Shown: positions 1-12,506, counted from the whole stretch's first letter. The stretch: DNA of 61,924 bases, filler included, from Bonamia ostreae (GCA_040357525.1; 25 parts of 25 records of this genome joined end to end with filler, not necessarily neighbours in it); one strand, 5' to 3'. The notes: generated by a model not told the origin, from the sequence alone. A program made the numbers and translations.

Positions 1-150
1 TTTTTTCGTGTTCGAATTCAAAATTTGTTTTATTTTTTCGTAATTAGAAATTTGTTTTATTTTTTCGTGTTCGAATTCAAAATTTGTTTTATTTTTTCGT
101 ATTCGAATTCAAAATTATTTTTATTTTTTCGTGTTCGAATTTAATAATTT
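1..150. repeat. Intronic AT-rich minisatellite (ttttttcgtgttcgaattcaaaatttgtttt units)
   Basis: Four or five imperfect ~30-bp copies ending just before the AG acceptor at 159-160. Confidence 0.8.
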
Positions 151-160
151 AATAAATTAG

Positions 161-750
161 CTTGCAGTTATAACAGCACAAATTTTCTTTGAAATGGAGA
201 GCTTAAATATTCTGCATTTGTTGTCACTGATGTACACATTCCCAATTTGGTTATTTCCAAATAAAAACGAAAAAAATTTTCAAATTGAAAAATTTGCAAT
301 TTAACAACAAAAGGATAATTTTATCGTTATCGCTTTCATTTTTCCCATTTGTCGGGGAAAACTACGGATGCACTCACCACGCTTTGAGAGAACCAGTAGT
401 TTGGTTCACCGCTTTATTCTCTGCCATTTTTTGCTGCTTACCGCGACTTTTACTAAACTTGTTTAAAATTTTCACAAAAGTTTCAGAAGATATAACAGAC
501 CAAGTCATCTTGACATCGCGATAGAAATCGACGATATTGACGCTGTTTTTTAATGTCAAATAAAAAGGAAAAAATAGACTTGGAATCAAGCGAATTGACG
601 ATCAACCAAAACATAACAGATTTCGAGATGCAAATTACGAAAAAAGATAAAACGAAAGGTTATGACGATTATTACAGAAATTCGGAAAAAAATTCGTGGC
701 GAGATTTTGTAAAATCGCGTTTGCTGGAACCGATTGTTAAAGTCAATTAG
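161..750 (+). CDS. P4-type ATPase (phospholipid flippase), C-terminal exons, partial
   Basis: Removing introns 250-313, 461-480 and 545-567 gives LAVITAQIFFEMESLNILHLLSL..WIIL..LREPVVWFTAL..CCLPRLLLNFFRRYNRPSHLDIAIE, the pattern of the last P4-ATPase TM helices; stop at 750. Confidence 0.7.
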
Positions 751-908
751 ATTTTTTAGACGCAAATTCAAAATATTTTTCAACGAAAAAAATTTAAACA
801 AAACCAAAAACAGACATTTTTGAAAAAAATTTAAATATACCAAAAACCTTAAAACATTTTTGTACATAAAAACAAAATCACGAAACCCGAAAACTGAAGA
901 AGCTGAAA

Positions 909-2403
909 ATGACAGAGATTAATTTAAAATCAAAAAATGCTTTAAAAAACACGAAGCGTTGTCAAAACGTTATCGGAACCGCCAAAAAAGCAAAAATCGT
1001 CGACATCCTCAAATCGAAAAACATTTTTCACAATGAAGACAAAAAATTACTAAACGCGAAATTCAAATTCGCTGAAAAATGTCATTGTTTTCCAATGTCC
1101 CCTCAAAATCCGCTAATCCGCATTCTGTTTAAATGTGGTTTTAGAGAAAATTTTTCGACCGAACCACAAAAAAAGACGGAAAATTTTTTATCCACGCCAA
1201 AAAATTTTTTATCCGCGCCTAAAAATTTTTTATCTGCGCCTAAAAATCTTAGCACCGAAAAACAAACAAATTTTGACGATATTAGTGATCCCAACAACTT
1301 TAGCGACGACATGAAACAACGAATAATAGGACTATTCGAAGAAAAAAGCACTCTCAGTCGAACTGAAATTGTTGATCGTTACGCCACAAAACACAAAAAA
1401 CCGCTTTTCTTCGATGATCTAAATCGTTTTTTGAGGAGAATGGAGAACATCGAAGGCGTTGTGGCGTCTCACAACAAACGCTATTTCACTCTGCTCGACC
1501 GATTCAATGTGCTCGTCGCTGACGAGAGAATAGGCCCAGACGGACGCGGGTCCATCGGCACTTTCGTCGAAAAGAGTTTTCCTCTAATTTTGAGATTTTG
1601 CGCAAATTGGCGAAAACGCAAATTTGACCAATCCGGAAACAGCCAAAAAGGAGTTTTATCGGAAAATCACCGGACGCAAATCCCATTTTTGTCCCAATCG
1701 CCGCGAATTCAAAGAATCGCGAGCGTTTGTGATTCCGAGAAGTTGCACTTGGAACAATCTGGAACGCATTCCGGAAGTATTTTTTGACGGAATCGACGTG
1801 CGACTTTTGAAAGAAACGGCTTTTGACGAAGAAGGTTCGCTGTTCCTTCAGCGATTCGTCGCGCAAGCGAACAAACGCGAGTTTTCGCGTGTTCTGGGGG
1901 CGTTGCTGCGCCATTTCTGCGCGTTGGCTCGCACTGCGAACGGGAGCAAACTGTGTAGGAAACTGTTTCAGTTGGCGGACGAGCACCAAATGAGCACCGT
2001 CGTTGCCAAAGTGGCGCCGATTCTGGTTGCTTTGAGTTGCGATCGCTTTGCGTCGAAAGTTGTCCAGACGATGGTTTGCAGTGTTTTGGGTCGGAAGAAC
2101 GTTATTTTGTTTATGTTTGTAAAAGAAAGAGGATTTGGTGCAAGCTCTGAAAGTCGCGGAGAACCTGTTGTTTTTGGTTCAGAATCCAGACGGGATTTTT
2201 GTGTTGTTTGCGATAATGGACGAGTTTTCTGCGGATTTGACGATGTTTTTGGTGGAAATGGGCGTGGCTTATTTTTGCCCGTTGTCGAAGTCGAGGGCCG
2301 GAGTCCGCTTTTTGAGCCGTTGTCTAAAGATCACGGAGGGAGCGGATTCGAGCGGCCATAAGAGTGTCCAGCGTCGTTCTCTTATCGAAAAAGTAACCTT
2401 TGT
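909..2403 (+). CDS. Pumilio/PUF-like repeat protein, partial
   Basis: Three ORFs join via introns 1576-1594 (19 nt) and 2101-2125 (25 nt). LSCDRFASKVVQTM and AFDEEGSLFLQRF resemble Puf repeats. Confidence 0.6.
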
Positions 2404-2502
2404 NNNNNNNNNNNNNNNNNNNNNNNNNNNNNNNNNNNNNNNNNNNNTTAATTAATTAANNNNNNNNNNNNNNNNNNNNNNNNNNNNNNNNNNNNNNNNN
2501 NN
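2404..2502. other. Artificial contig spacer (first of 24)
   Basis: N-run + TTAATTAATTAA (stops in all frames) + N-run recurs every ~2.5 kb; contig lengths fall steadily from ~2403 to ~2359. Confidence 0.98.
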
Positions 2503-3857
2503 NGAAAGTTTCTATCCGATCATTTTTTGGAGAGAAAACAAAAAACACTAAATATAATTTTTCAAAATAAGGTCAAGTTTTGTCTAAAAACGCGATATGT
2601 TTATTATTAAACAAAAAGCATTTAGTTTATTGTTTAGACAATGCTCGATTTTATAAAATTGTCTTTGCCAACTCAAACGACAGATCTCGGCCGATGTCTA
2701 AAATCGGTCGAATATTCGACCGGTGCAAAACGCTTTTTTCTGTCGCTGTTTATATTTAACTTTTTCTCAGTTTTCTGAAGACGAACTCCTTAAAAATTTT
2801 TTTATTAAACGGGTACCATTTTACGCCATTTTTTGAATACACAAAATCTAATCTTAAAATCGGGGAAATTAAAGCTGTCTCTATAGAAAAAGCGGAACTT
2901 AAATATTTTTTGATTTTCGTTAATTTTGTCGATTCTAATTCGATTAAATGTGTTTTGATTCGCGACATCGTTTTCATTTTTAATCATAAGAACGGTAAAC
3001 TCGTTCCGAACAATATCGAAGATTTTATGTTTCATTTCTAACCGCAAATTTTGCAGAATCGAAGATAAACAAAGATTTATTTCTACTTTCGAAATAACAA
3101 AAAAATCATTGTTCGCAGCATTTAAAGACAAAAGCTTAATTAGATACGATTTTGACGTAAACCGCTTAAATTCGATAACAATAAAAGGTTTTAAAGCGAC
3201 AATTTTTTCGCCAAATTTTAAATTTAGAAAAAATGGTTCTGATAAACGCGACGAGAAATTTTCGAAAACAGACAAAGCAGAGATTCGTAACTTTTTTAAA
3301 ATCGGATCTCAAAACCGATTTGCTGTTCGCAGTCAATTCGGACAACAATTTTTACGTTTTTGACCAAAAGGCAAAATATCCGTTTTCTTTGATGGCGACT
3401 AAGCCAGTTTTCGGCCGAAGCCACAAAAAACAATTGGATTCTTTGATCGAAAACAATTTCAAACTTTGTTTGACCAAATCTGCTCAGAATTTCGACCATT
3501 ATTCGCTAATTATTTTTTCAAAATTTCGACACAAAAACTTTTATTCTTCTCATCTCGTTTTTATTTATAAACCAAATTTCAAATTAAAAACAAATTAAAA
3601 CTCAAAAAAATAAATTTGATAAAATAATTAAATTTCATAACAAAAAAACAAATTTAATTACAAAAAAACAAATTAAAACTCAAAAAAATAAACGAAACGC
3701 CAAAAAGATAACAATCTTCGATCTGAAAATCACAGAAAACAACAATAACGGAACACCGAAAAAGAAAATATTTTTAAAACGAACAACAGAAAAAAATCTC
3801 GAAAACGATTTTTACGCAATCAAATCAATCAAATTCACCGAAAAACAAATTTTTGTT

Positions 3858-4754
3858 TTGTCAATGTCAGAAAACAGAGAAGAAACTCTAAATTTCTGCA
3901 CATTGGACAAAATCCTCGAACACGCCAAAATAAAATGGACGCGCATTCGAACGAAAAAGGGAATTACTTTACCGAAAAAGGAATTGTTGACGCAAAAAAA
4001 CAGAACAAAACAAATTTTAGTCAAAAAATTCCTCGAAAATTTTCTAAAAGAATGCGCCATTTTTATGCCAAAAGCGGTTCTGCAGTTAAAGATAAATTTC
4101 GCGGTCAGAAATTTAGACATCGAAATTTTCAACTTTCGCAAAATCGGAATTCCGAAGTACATCGATTTCGAGAAACTGTGTCGATTTGTTTCGAGTGTCA
4201 TCGAATTGAAGCAAAAACCTTTTTTCGACGAGGCAAAATTTGCTTTCGATGTTTTCGACGAGGCAAAATATCCTTTCAATCCAAATTCAAAAAATCGCAA
4301 AAATGGCGATTTTGGATCGATTTGGATTTACGGTTCAAATGGGCTAACCCAAATCACCGAAAATGACTGGAACGGTGTCTTTTTCGGAAACAACAAATTA
4401 TCTAAAAACGGCGAAAACGAAATCGAGTTTTCGAGGACAAAATCTTCAAACGAATTTTTGCGTCTTTTTTCAGAAACCGATTTTGATGGAAAAACCAATA
4501 ATAGCGCAATATTGCAAAAAATGTTGCAAAAAATATTGCAAAAAGCTCTAAAATGTCCGAAAGTTTTTGTAGATTTTGTACAAAAAATGAAAAAATATTG
4601 CACAATTTTTCCGAATTTTGGCGGAAAATTGGATTGCGAAGACAAATTGAATTTGAGAGCTAAAAAAGATTTTTTCAAATTCAAATTATTCGTTTTTTCG
4701 CGTTTAAAAAGACTGTTAAAAGCGGTTTTTGACGATAAAAAGGTTTTGTTTTGA
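3858..4754 (+). CDS. Hypothetical protein
   Basis: 298-codon ORF in AT-rich DNA; no recognised motif. Confidence 0.45.
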   Translation: MSMSENREETLNFCTLDKILEHAKIKWTRIRTKKGITLPKKELLTQKNRTKQILVKKFLENFLKECAIFMPKAVLQLKINFAVRNLDIEIFNFRKIGIPKYIDFEKLCRFVSSVIELKQKPFFDEAKFAFDVFDEAKYPFNPNSKNRKNGDFGSIWIYGSNGLTQITENDWNGVFFGNNKLSKNGENEIEFSRTKSSNEFLRLFSETDFDGKTNNSAILQKMLQKILQKALKCPKVFVDFVQKMKKYCTIFPNFGGKLDCEDKLNLRAKKDFFKFKLFVFSRLKRLLKAVFDDKKVLF

Positions 4755-5216
4755 CAACAAAGTGCACTTTTTTGAAAAAAGAGGTTTTTGAGGATTTTGA
4801 AATTTTGTCTATGAATTATGATTTGGTTAATCAGTTGATTAATCTCGATTGGTTTTTAAGTCATTTTAATTCTTATTTAATAATTTATCATATATTATTA
4901 TTTCTCNNNNNNNNNNNNNNNNNNNNNNNNNNNNNNNNNNNNNNNNNNNNTTAATTAATTAANNNNNNNNNNNNNNNNNNNNNNNNNNNNNNNNNNNNNN
5001 NNNNNNTATATGTTTTATATTTGATTTTTTTATTGTTGTTTTGTAATTTTTTTCATCTTTTTAGCACAAATTTTTTTGTTTTATTTAATGTACAAATTTT
5101 TTTCGAAATTTTTGTTTTTTTGGGCTGGTAACATTGAATTTGTTTATTTTGTTTAAATTTGACGTCTCAATATTTAAATAAAGACAATATTGAAGCGTTT
5201 CTCTGCTCACAAAAGA

Positions 5217-6508
5217 TGAAATGTTTACTAAAAACGTTTTGGAAATCTACTATTTTTTAATACTAAAGAACAATTATAAATTGATTCACAGACCCATTTT
5301 ACAGAATTGAATATTTCAGAATCCGGATAAAATTTCACAATATAAATTAAAGCTTAAAATATATAAACATTGCATTATGCATTGTCAAATGCAATTAACG
5401 CGAAAATTGATCATTTCAGCGATCTTATCAACATTTTGGGTTTCGCTTTTTGACGATATCAAATTCGATTCTCTTATTTTGCCAAACGAAAAATCTTTAA
5501 CGATGAAACTCGCAAAACAAACTTTCTCGAATAAAAATCTCAATTCTAAAATCGCCATTTCTGTCCATGTCACTGCGAGTGATATCAACAAAGCCCTCAA
5601 TTTTTCAAAACACGTTTCCTAATTTTTAACTATTTTTCAATAAAAATTTTGAAATATTTTTATATCTCACACAAATATCAACGACATTGTAAAAATTTTA
5701 TCTCCCAATGGATAAAATGCGAAAACAACATATCTTCGAATATAAATGTGAAGTGGAGAGATTTGATCAAATCTTTATTGACTAAAACAAATAACAAATA
5801 TCTTTAGAACACGACGGCTCAGTGGTTCAAACTTAGCACTCGCCTTTGTGCGTGCATGGGTTCGAATCTCGGTACTGTCGTTTCCAAACTAATGTTAAAT
5901 CTCAGTAAATGAGAGACGTGAATTTGGCCGAAGTTGGCCTAAAATGTTTCCAAACTTTCGACCTTGAAAGCCTCAAATTCCAAATTAAAATATTTTTTAT
6001 ATTCAAAAATAAGATTTTAGAGCGGATAAATTCACAGAGACCGGCGAAAAAATATAAATTCGTCAACTTAGACTCCGAAATACTTGAATGCAATAATTTG
6101 AGTTCCGATCCCTTCTTTTCTTCGCAATGCATTAGCAAGAAAATAGCTCGATATATTTTGAAGCACCGAAAAGTTTTCTTTCTGTTCTCATTGTTTTCAA
6201 CCCCGTTCGATTCTGTATCGTTCTTAATAAGTGTTTTCGATGACACAGCACCGGCTTTGATGTACACAAGAAAAGGATTTTTCGGCGACGAAAAATCGGT
6301 TTTGTGATATATTTTACAGAAAAACCTCAAAGTCCGGAATTGTATTTTTGTGATGATTTCCGAACAGAAATCAAAAATTTTCCAGAATTTTAGCGAAAAC
6401 ATAAAGGAAACTGTGATCAGCAAACAAATGTTGTCGTTTGAAAAAGAGAACGGCATTTCTGAGCGATTTTCGCATCGCATTATCGGACGAATCCCAATTT
6501 TCGACTAA
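5217..6508 (+). CDS. Putative torsin/LAP1(TOR1AIP)-like degenerate AAA+ protein; exon structure approximate
   Basis: Hydrophobic segment, then KIAISVH, ISKKIARYILKHRKVFFLF..FLISVFDD, KVRNCIFVMISE and ERFSHRIIGRIPIF in torsin/ClpB-like order; no intact Walker A/B; 21-nt intron at 6299-6319. Confidence 0.4.
5811..5881 (+). other. tRNA-like / tRNA-derived element
   Basis: 71 nt with a 7-bp terminal stem ACGACGG/CTGTCGT, A-box-like GCTCAGTGGTT and B-box GGTTCGAATC; T and anticodon arms are imperfect. Confidence 0.35.
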
Positions 6509-6522
6509 ATTTTTTTTAATAT

Positions 6523-7273
6523 TTAATCTTTTTTGGCAATGTTCTTTCGTTTCCACAAATCTCTTTGCAGATATCTGTTCTTTTCCTCTTCACTCAATTG
6601 TTTCCAGCTATTTACGGTTTTTACATTTTGTCAAAAAATTTAAGAAAACTCTTTTTCGGTTAGTCCCAAAGCTTTAAATGTCAAATATTCTTTGTCGCTG
6701 TCATCGAATTGTTGGTGAAGCAGTTCATATTTCACCATCCATCTTATCCCGTAATAGACCCGATGAGCCCATGAGCCCGGAATGCTCGGAACGGAGACGA
6801 CGACTTCGTAAATGCTCGGACGTCCTGCGATTTTGTGATCAAACCTTTGAACCCGCCGGGCACTTTTATATTCAGTTCTTTGACGGCTTCGATCAACATC
6901 AAATCGGATATGTCGTCGTGCCTAAAAATATGTTGCTTCAAACAATGTGTTGTTTCGGATTCGAAGTTTTTTTCCTTCGGAGAGCATTTTCTTTTTGATT
7001 CTTCTTCTCACGGCTTCATTTTCGAGCAAACGGCGACGTTTGTTGCGATGCTGGTACCCTTCGTAGTAGTACCTGAATCCGATCAAAACGAGCAATATCA
7101 AAAACGCGACGAAAATCGGGTTTTCTTTAGGAACAAACATTCGAGCTTTTATGCGGACAACTTCGTCATATCGTTCGCGCATGCTATGGTCTGAGAGAAT
7201 GGTGTAGGCGTGCGTGATTTGTTTAAACCTGCTTTCAACTTCTTTTACTCTGTCCCTGTTTTTGTCTGGATGG
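6523..7273 (-). CDS. DNAJC25: DnaJ homolog subfamily C member 25-like, partial (5' exons missing)
   Basis: J-domain HPDKN..FKQITHAYTILSD..RERYD, a TM segment, and C-terminal IRWMVKY..DKEYL..LSEEEKNRYLQRDLWKRKN; introns 6922-6943, 6825-6844, 6608-6649. Confidence 0.75.
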
Positions 7274-8368
7274 CTTAAAAATCAGAAAATGATTTTTAAA
7301 AACAATTTTACAAAAATCAGAAAATTTTTTAAGACAAAAAATGATTTTTAAGACAATTTACAAAAATCAGAAAATTTTTTAAAGACAATTTTACAAAAAT
7401 CAGAAAATNNNNNNNNNNNNNNNNNNNNNNNNNNNNNNNNNNNNNNNNNNNNTTAATTAATTAANNNNNNNNNNNNNNNNNNNNNNNNNNNNNNNNNNNN
7501 NNNNNNNNGCTTTAAAATAGTTTTTAATTTTGTAATGTTTTTAAGAAAAAAAACTTCATATTTTTTGATTAAATCGCAAAATTGTTTTTTATCAAAATCA
7601 TTTTGCATCACCGACGGAATTTTTTTCGCAAAATTTAGCTTTTTTGTCAAAATGTATTCTCGGTTTTTGTCGTCTAAAAGTTTTGCTGATTTGTCGGAAG
7701 ACATTATTTTTACAAATCTGTCAAAAGCTTCTTTAGCCATTTTGATCGAAGAATCCATTTCTTCTGTTTTAGATTTTAATCGAGTCATCAGTTCTTAACG
7801 CAATTTTATGATTTTATGTAAAATTTAGCATTTTAATTGTTATGTAAAATTTAGCTTTTTAAGTTTGTAATGGAAATTTTAAACCATTTGTGTTTGCAAA
7901 TTTATCAAAATTGTTAGAAATCAAAGAATTTGTTTTGGAATTTAAATGGCTAAATTCAACATTTAGTTTTTCCGAATGTCTTTGAATTTCTCTTTTAATT
8001 GATAATAATGAAAACTCTGTACTCTTTCCGATTAGATCTAATCTTCGAGACATTTTTAATTGATTTTAGACAAAAGATTTATGCGATTTTTATTAAAAAC
8101 GTTTTATGAAAAATGTGTTTAAAAAAATGTTCAAAAGATTTATGTCATTATTTTTTAAGTTTGTTATCTAAAAATTTGTAGTTTTAAGGACACAAAAAAT
8201 TTTCATTTTTAGTAAAAAAACTTGCGCACAAAAATAAAATGAAGTGATTTTCCAATATCGCCAAAAACATTTTTTATTAATAAATCCCAAAAAACAATAA
8301 TAAGTAAATAAATTATCACAAACAAACAAAAAACTGATTTACAGTAAATTAACGAAAAAACAATAAAA

Positions 8369-9042
8369 ATGGCGATATTAAGTATTTTTGGTTTCTTACT
8401 GCAAATCGTCTCTTCTGTCCTAATTTTTTATATTTTGTTTACCCAAAATTGGTCTTCAGTCAAAATTCTCAAGACTTACAAATTTGGGCTAAGAGGATAT
8501 TATTTATATTTGAATGAAGATCGCCCTAAGTTTATGCATTATGGACGCGCAGATTCATTTTGTGGATTGAATTGTGACAAAGTTTTTTAAATTCTAATAA
8601 ATTTGAACCAATAAAAAATATTTTCGCGAAAAATTAAATTTGCTCAAATTTAAAAATATTTACTCAATAACAAAGACAATATTTAATTATTTGCTCAAAA
8701 ATTTAACTTCAAATATTTTTTGACAATTTTAAAAATTCTCAACAATAATTTAAGTTTGTCTCTGGAAACAAAATTGTGGCAAGCTTTTTGTCGATTATAT
8801 TGATCGCAATCGTAATAACGGTCGTTTGCAAATTGCTTTTTTGTTGCTTGAGCATAGTGCTCAAATTTTTGTACAGAATCGTCAATGGCGCAGCGATAGT
8901 TTTTTCGATTGTCGTTCCAATCGTCTATGATTCCATTTGCTATAAAAATTTGGTGGGCGCAGAAAAAACTCGTTCTTCAAATTTTTATATTTCGTGTTTT
9001 CTGCCAGTCATTTTGCTTGCTGTTTCTATCTTAACTGATTGA
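8369..9042 (+). CDS. Small four-TM claudin/PMP22-like membrane protein
   Basis: Two ORFs joined in frame by intron 8582-8754; four hydrophobic helices; W..GL and C..C in the first loop. Confidence 0.5.
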
Positions 9043-9252
9043 AGTGAAAATAAATTGCTTTATTCTCATTAATAATCTTCCAATTTTGAAGTAAAATTTT
9101 GAAGTAAAATTTTTCGTCAAAATTTTCGAAAACACAAAAAAGCGTTTTTAAAACTGAATTGAAAACTTTTTTTTTTCGAAAAAATTTATCGATTTATCCT
9201 AATTTTCGATCGAAAAAACTAAAAAATTAACTAAATTTGCTTAATATTAATC

Positions 9253-9907
9253 ATGTCGCAATTATTATTAAAGACGTTTTTAAGCTTATTCTCGGACTTT
9301 CCAGACCATATAGCTTTTATTCTCGACGGAAATCGTCGTTTTGCTTTAAAAAATGGAATGAGTAAAATCGACGGCCACAAAAAAGGATTTAATAACTTAA
9401 TTAACGTTTTTCCAATTTGCAAAACTAAAATTCGAATAATTGTCAATTTTAAGATTTTGAAATTCTGTTTAACGTTGTCCGTCAAAACAGTAACTGTGTT
9501 CGCCTTTAGTATCCACAACTTTAACAGAAAAAAGTTAGAAATCGATTATTTGATGAAAATGTTGAACGACAAAATCGATTTGAAAGGAAACTTTATTTGG
9601 AACGATCAAAGTTTAGCCAAAAACTTTAACAACAAAAATGGTTTTCGTTCAGAAAATTTATTGTTAAAATTTAAAGCTGGGATTAGATTTATAGGAGATT
9701 TTTCTAAATGTCCGAAAAATTTGCAAAGAAAATTGAAAATGGCGAACGAAAATTGCGGAAAAACAAAATTTGATATTTTGTTGAATGTTTGTTTTTCTTA
9801 TTGTTCGGACGATGAAGCAACTTTTGCTTCGTTGAAACTCAAAAATGGCTTTTTTGCCAATAGAACGAAGTTTTTAATTTTTAAGCAAAAATCGAATTGT
9901 AATATTA
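9253..9907 (+). CDS. DHDDS: Cis-prenyltransferase (dehydrodolichyl diphosphate synthase, RER2/DHDDS), partial
   Basis: PDHIAFILDGNRRFA, GHKKGF, TVFAFSIHNFNR, IRFIGD, LNVCFSY; probable in-frame introns. Confidence 0.92.
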
Positions 9908-10034
9908 NNNNNNNNNNNNNNNNNNNNNNNNNNNNNNNNNNNNNNNNNNNNTTAATTAATTAANNNNNNNNNNNNNNNNNNNNNNNNNNNNNNNNNNNNN
10001 NNNNNNNTATGTTCATTACGCTAAAAATTTTTAG

Positions 10035-10449
10035 GTTGATTACGTTCTAGTTTTGTTTGGGGGCAAAATAGGCTACAACGCAGATGATTTGGCTAAAGCT
10101 TATTGGATCATTAAGATAACATCAGGTTTCCAATAAAATAAATTGCTCGGATTTTTACAGTTTAAAATTATTAAAACAATTTTAATGAAAAGGATATTAC
10201 GACGAAATAAAAGAAGAAGTGAATTTCAACATCGGAGTGGATGGTTCGTCTAGATTCAAAAGGTCTCTTTTGTTCAAAATGTTGTATTACCGATTTCACG
10301 AAGTGAATTATGGCGGATATGATCTTGCGAGAAATCAGAAACTTGCTGAAGAAGTTGAACTGAAGTATTTGGAGGAAGCTTATACGACGAAAAATTGGTT
10401 ATTGAGAATTTACAGAGTAAAAAAGCCGTCTGAAGTTTCTGATAAATAA
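10035..10449 (+). CDS. STT3: Oligosaccharyltransferase catalytic subunit STT3, C-terminal exons
   Basis: VDYVLVLFGG..GYNADDLAK, SLLFKMLYYRF, LEEAYTTKNWLLRIYRVK; intron 10126-10192. Confidence 0.93.
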
Positions 10450-10671
10450 CGGCGTTTTTGGGATGTTTTTATCATTTTTAGTCAAAATTTTGATAAAAAT
10501 GTTTCAATCCAAAAATGGTCTTTTAGCGACTTTTTTTTGTTTTTTTGTGCGCAAAAATTTTCTTAATGAACATTTGTCGTTTTTTGAATTTTATCCATTA
10601 GAAAAAGGAATTTAATGAAATTGCTTAAAACATAAAAAACTAGTTTAAATTACATATAGCGTAAAATAAAA

Positions 10672-12128
10672 ATGAAAAAAATGTCGGAAAAAATATTCCC
10701 GAAATTGAGAACAAAGACGATACTACCGCCTTCAACAAGGTACAAAAATTTGGTCGAAAAGTCTAAAATCAAATTCGACGAACAGCAATTTTCTTTAGTC
10801 AAAAAACTGGACACTTTCCTTCTCGATCTCAAAAAACATCACGACGAATTAAAATTTTTTGCGTGGAAAAATTCCCCTATTTCTTCGATTTTACAATCGT
10901 CGACTAGTTTGCTCAAAAGCAACCAATTCGTCGACGGAATTTATTTATATGGCTCTCCAGGCAAATTTTAGCCAAAATTTCCCATTTTTTAGATTATTGT
11001 TTTAGCCAAAATAGAAATTTGAAAATTCCAAAACGGTAAATTTTAGGGAGCGGTAAAACGTTTTTGATGGACATTCTGTACAAATCAATTCCGTTCAAAA
11101 ACAAAAAACGAGTCCATTTTAACAAGTTTATGTTGGACATCCATAAAAAACTCCATCTTTACAAGAACGATCCAAATTCGGAAAAATCCGATTTGGTCCA
11201 TTCCATTGTTGACGAAATTAAACAAAGTTAATAAAATTCGCTTTTTGTTTAATTGTTTTTTGTTTAATTAATCTTTGAATTTGCAAAGAATATGTTCTAA
11301 TTTGCTTGGACGAATTTCAAGTGACCGATATAGCGGACGCGGTGGTTTTAAAAGAACTTTTTACAAATTTGTTCGAAAATGGCGTCATTCTTTTCGCCAC
11401 TTCGAACAGAGCTCCCGAAGAACTCTACAAAAACGGTCTCCAAAGAGAACAAATTTTTGCGCCATTTTTAAAAAAACTGGGGGAACACTGCACCGTGATC
11501 AATCTCGATTCAGGGATTGATTACAGACTTTCCGGCATAAGAATTACTGAAATTTATTTTTATCCGATTACCGCAGAAAACACAAAAAAATTTGTAAATT
11601 TTCATTTAGATTTTTTGCAAATTTGCAAAAAATTTGCAAAAATTTTGGCTTTTCTTAAATATAAAAATTGACTATTTTTTAAAGAAAAGCGCTTTCAAAA
11701 AAGTATCGAAAGGCGAAAAAGTGTCAAAAAGGATTTTAAAAACATTCGGCCGTTCCGTTCTGGTTCCCAAAGCAGTTAAAAAAATCGCTTTTTTCCAGTT
11801 TGAACAACTTTGCGATTCACCTCTTTCGGCAACAGATTTCCAAGCGCTCGCAGAAAATTTCAAAATCATTTTTGTGGAAAATCTGCGTGCCATTAAATCG
11901 GACGAATCGGACATTCTGCGGAGGTTGATATTGTTGGTCGACGAGTTGTACAATGCAAAAGTGGTTTTGGTGGCGCTTTCTCAAGTTCCGATGGAAAGGA
12001 TTTTTGAGGTGGACGAAAAAGAGAGAGCTTCGAAGGACGAGGTTTTCGCGTGGGAGCGTTGTTTGTCGAGATTGAATGAAATGCAAACGAAGGAATATTT
12101 GGATGAGGCGAGCAGAGACGATTTTTAA
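10672..12128 (+). CDS. AFG1: AFG1/LACE1 (ZapE) family mitochondrial AAA ATPase
   Basis: [69 protein letters not shown]; three introns, the first GC-AG. Confidence 0.95.
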
Positions 12129-12506
12129 ATTTTCGCATTTTAAAATTATTTTTAAAATTTTTAAACAGCGAAAAAAATTTTTTTAGAGTTTTCGAATTTT
12201 CAAAATTATTTTAAATTTATTTTCATAATCAAAAACCAATTATTTTTAAATTTTCAAATTTATTTTAAATTTATTTTCATAATCAAAAACTAATTGTTTT
12301 TAAATTTGACAGATTTTAAAACTTTCGGTTAGTTTTTCGATTTTTTGATTGTTTTTGTTCGTTTTTTGATTATTTTTGGTCGATTTTTGAATATTTTTGG
12401 CCGATTNNNNNNNNNNNNNNNNNNNNNNNNNNNNNNNNNNNNNNNNNNNNTTAATTAATTAANNNNNNNNNNNNNNNNNNNNNNNNNNNNNNNNNNNNNN
12501 NNNNNN

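Noticed and set aside
2448-2459. Regularly spaced TTAATTAATTAA palindrome
   Set aside because: Always embedded in N-runs; an assembly linker, not biology. Gene adjacency across it is meaningless.
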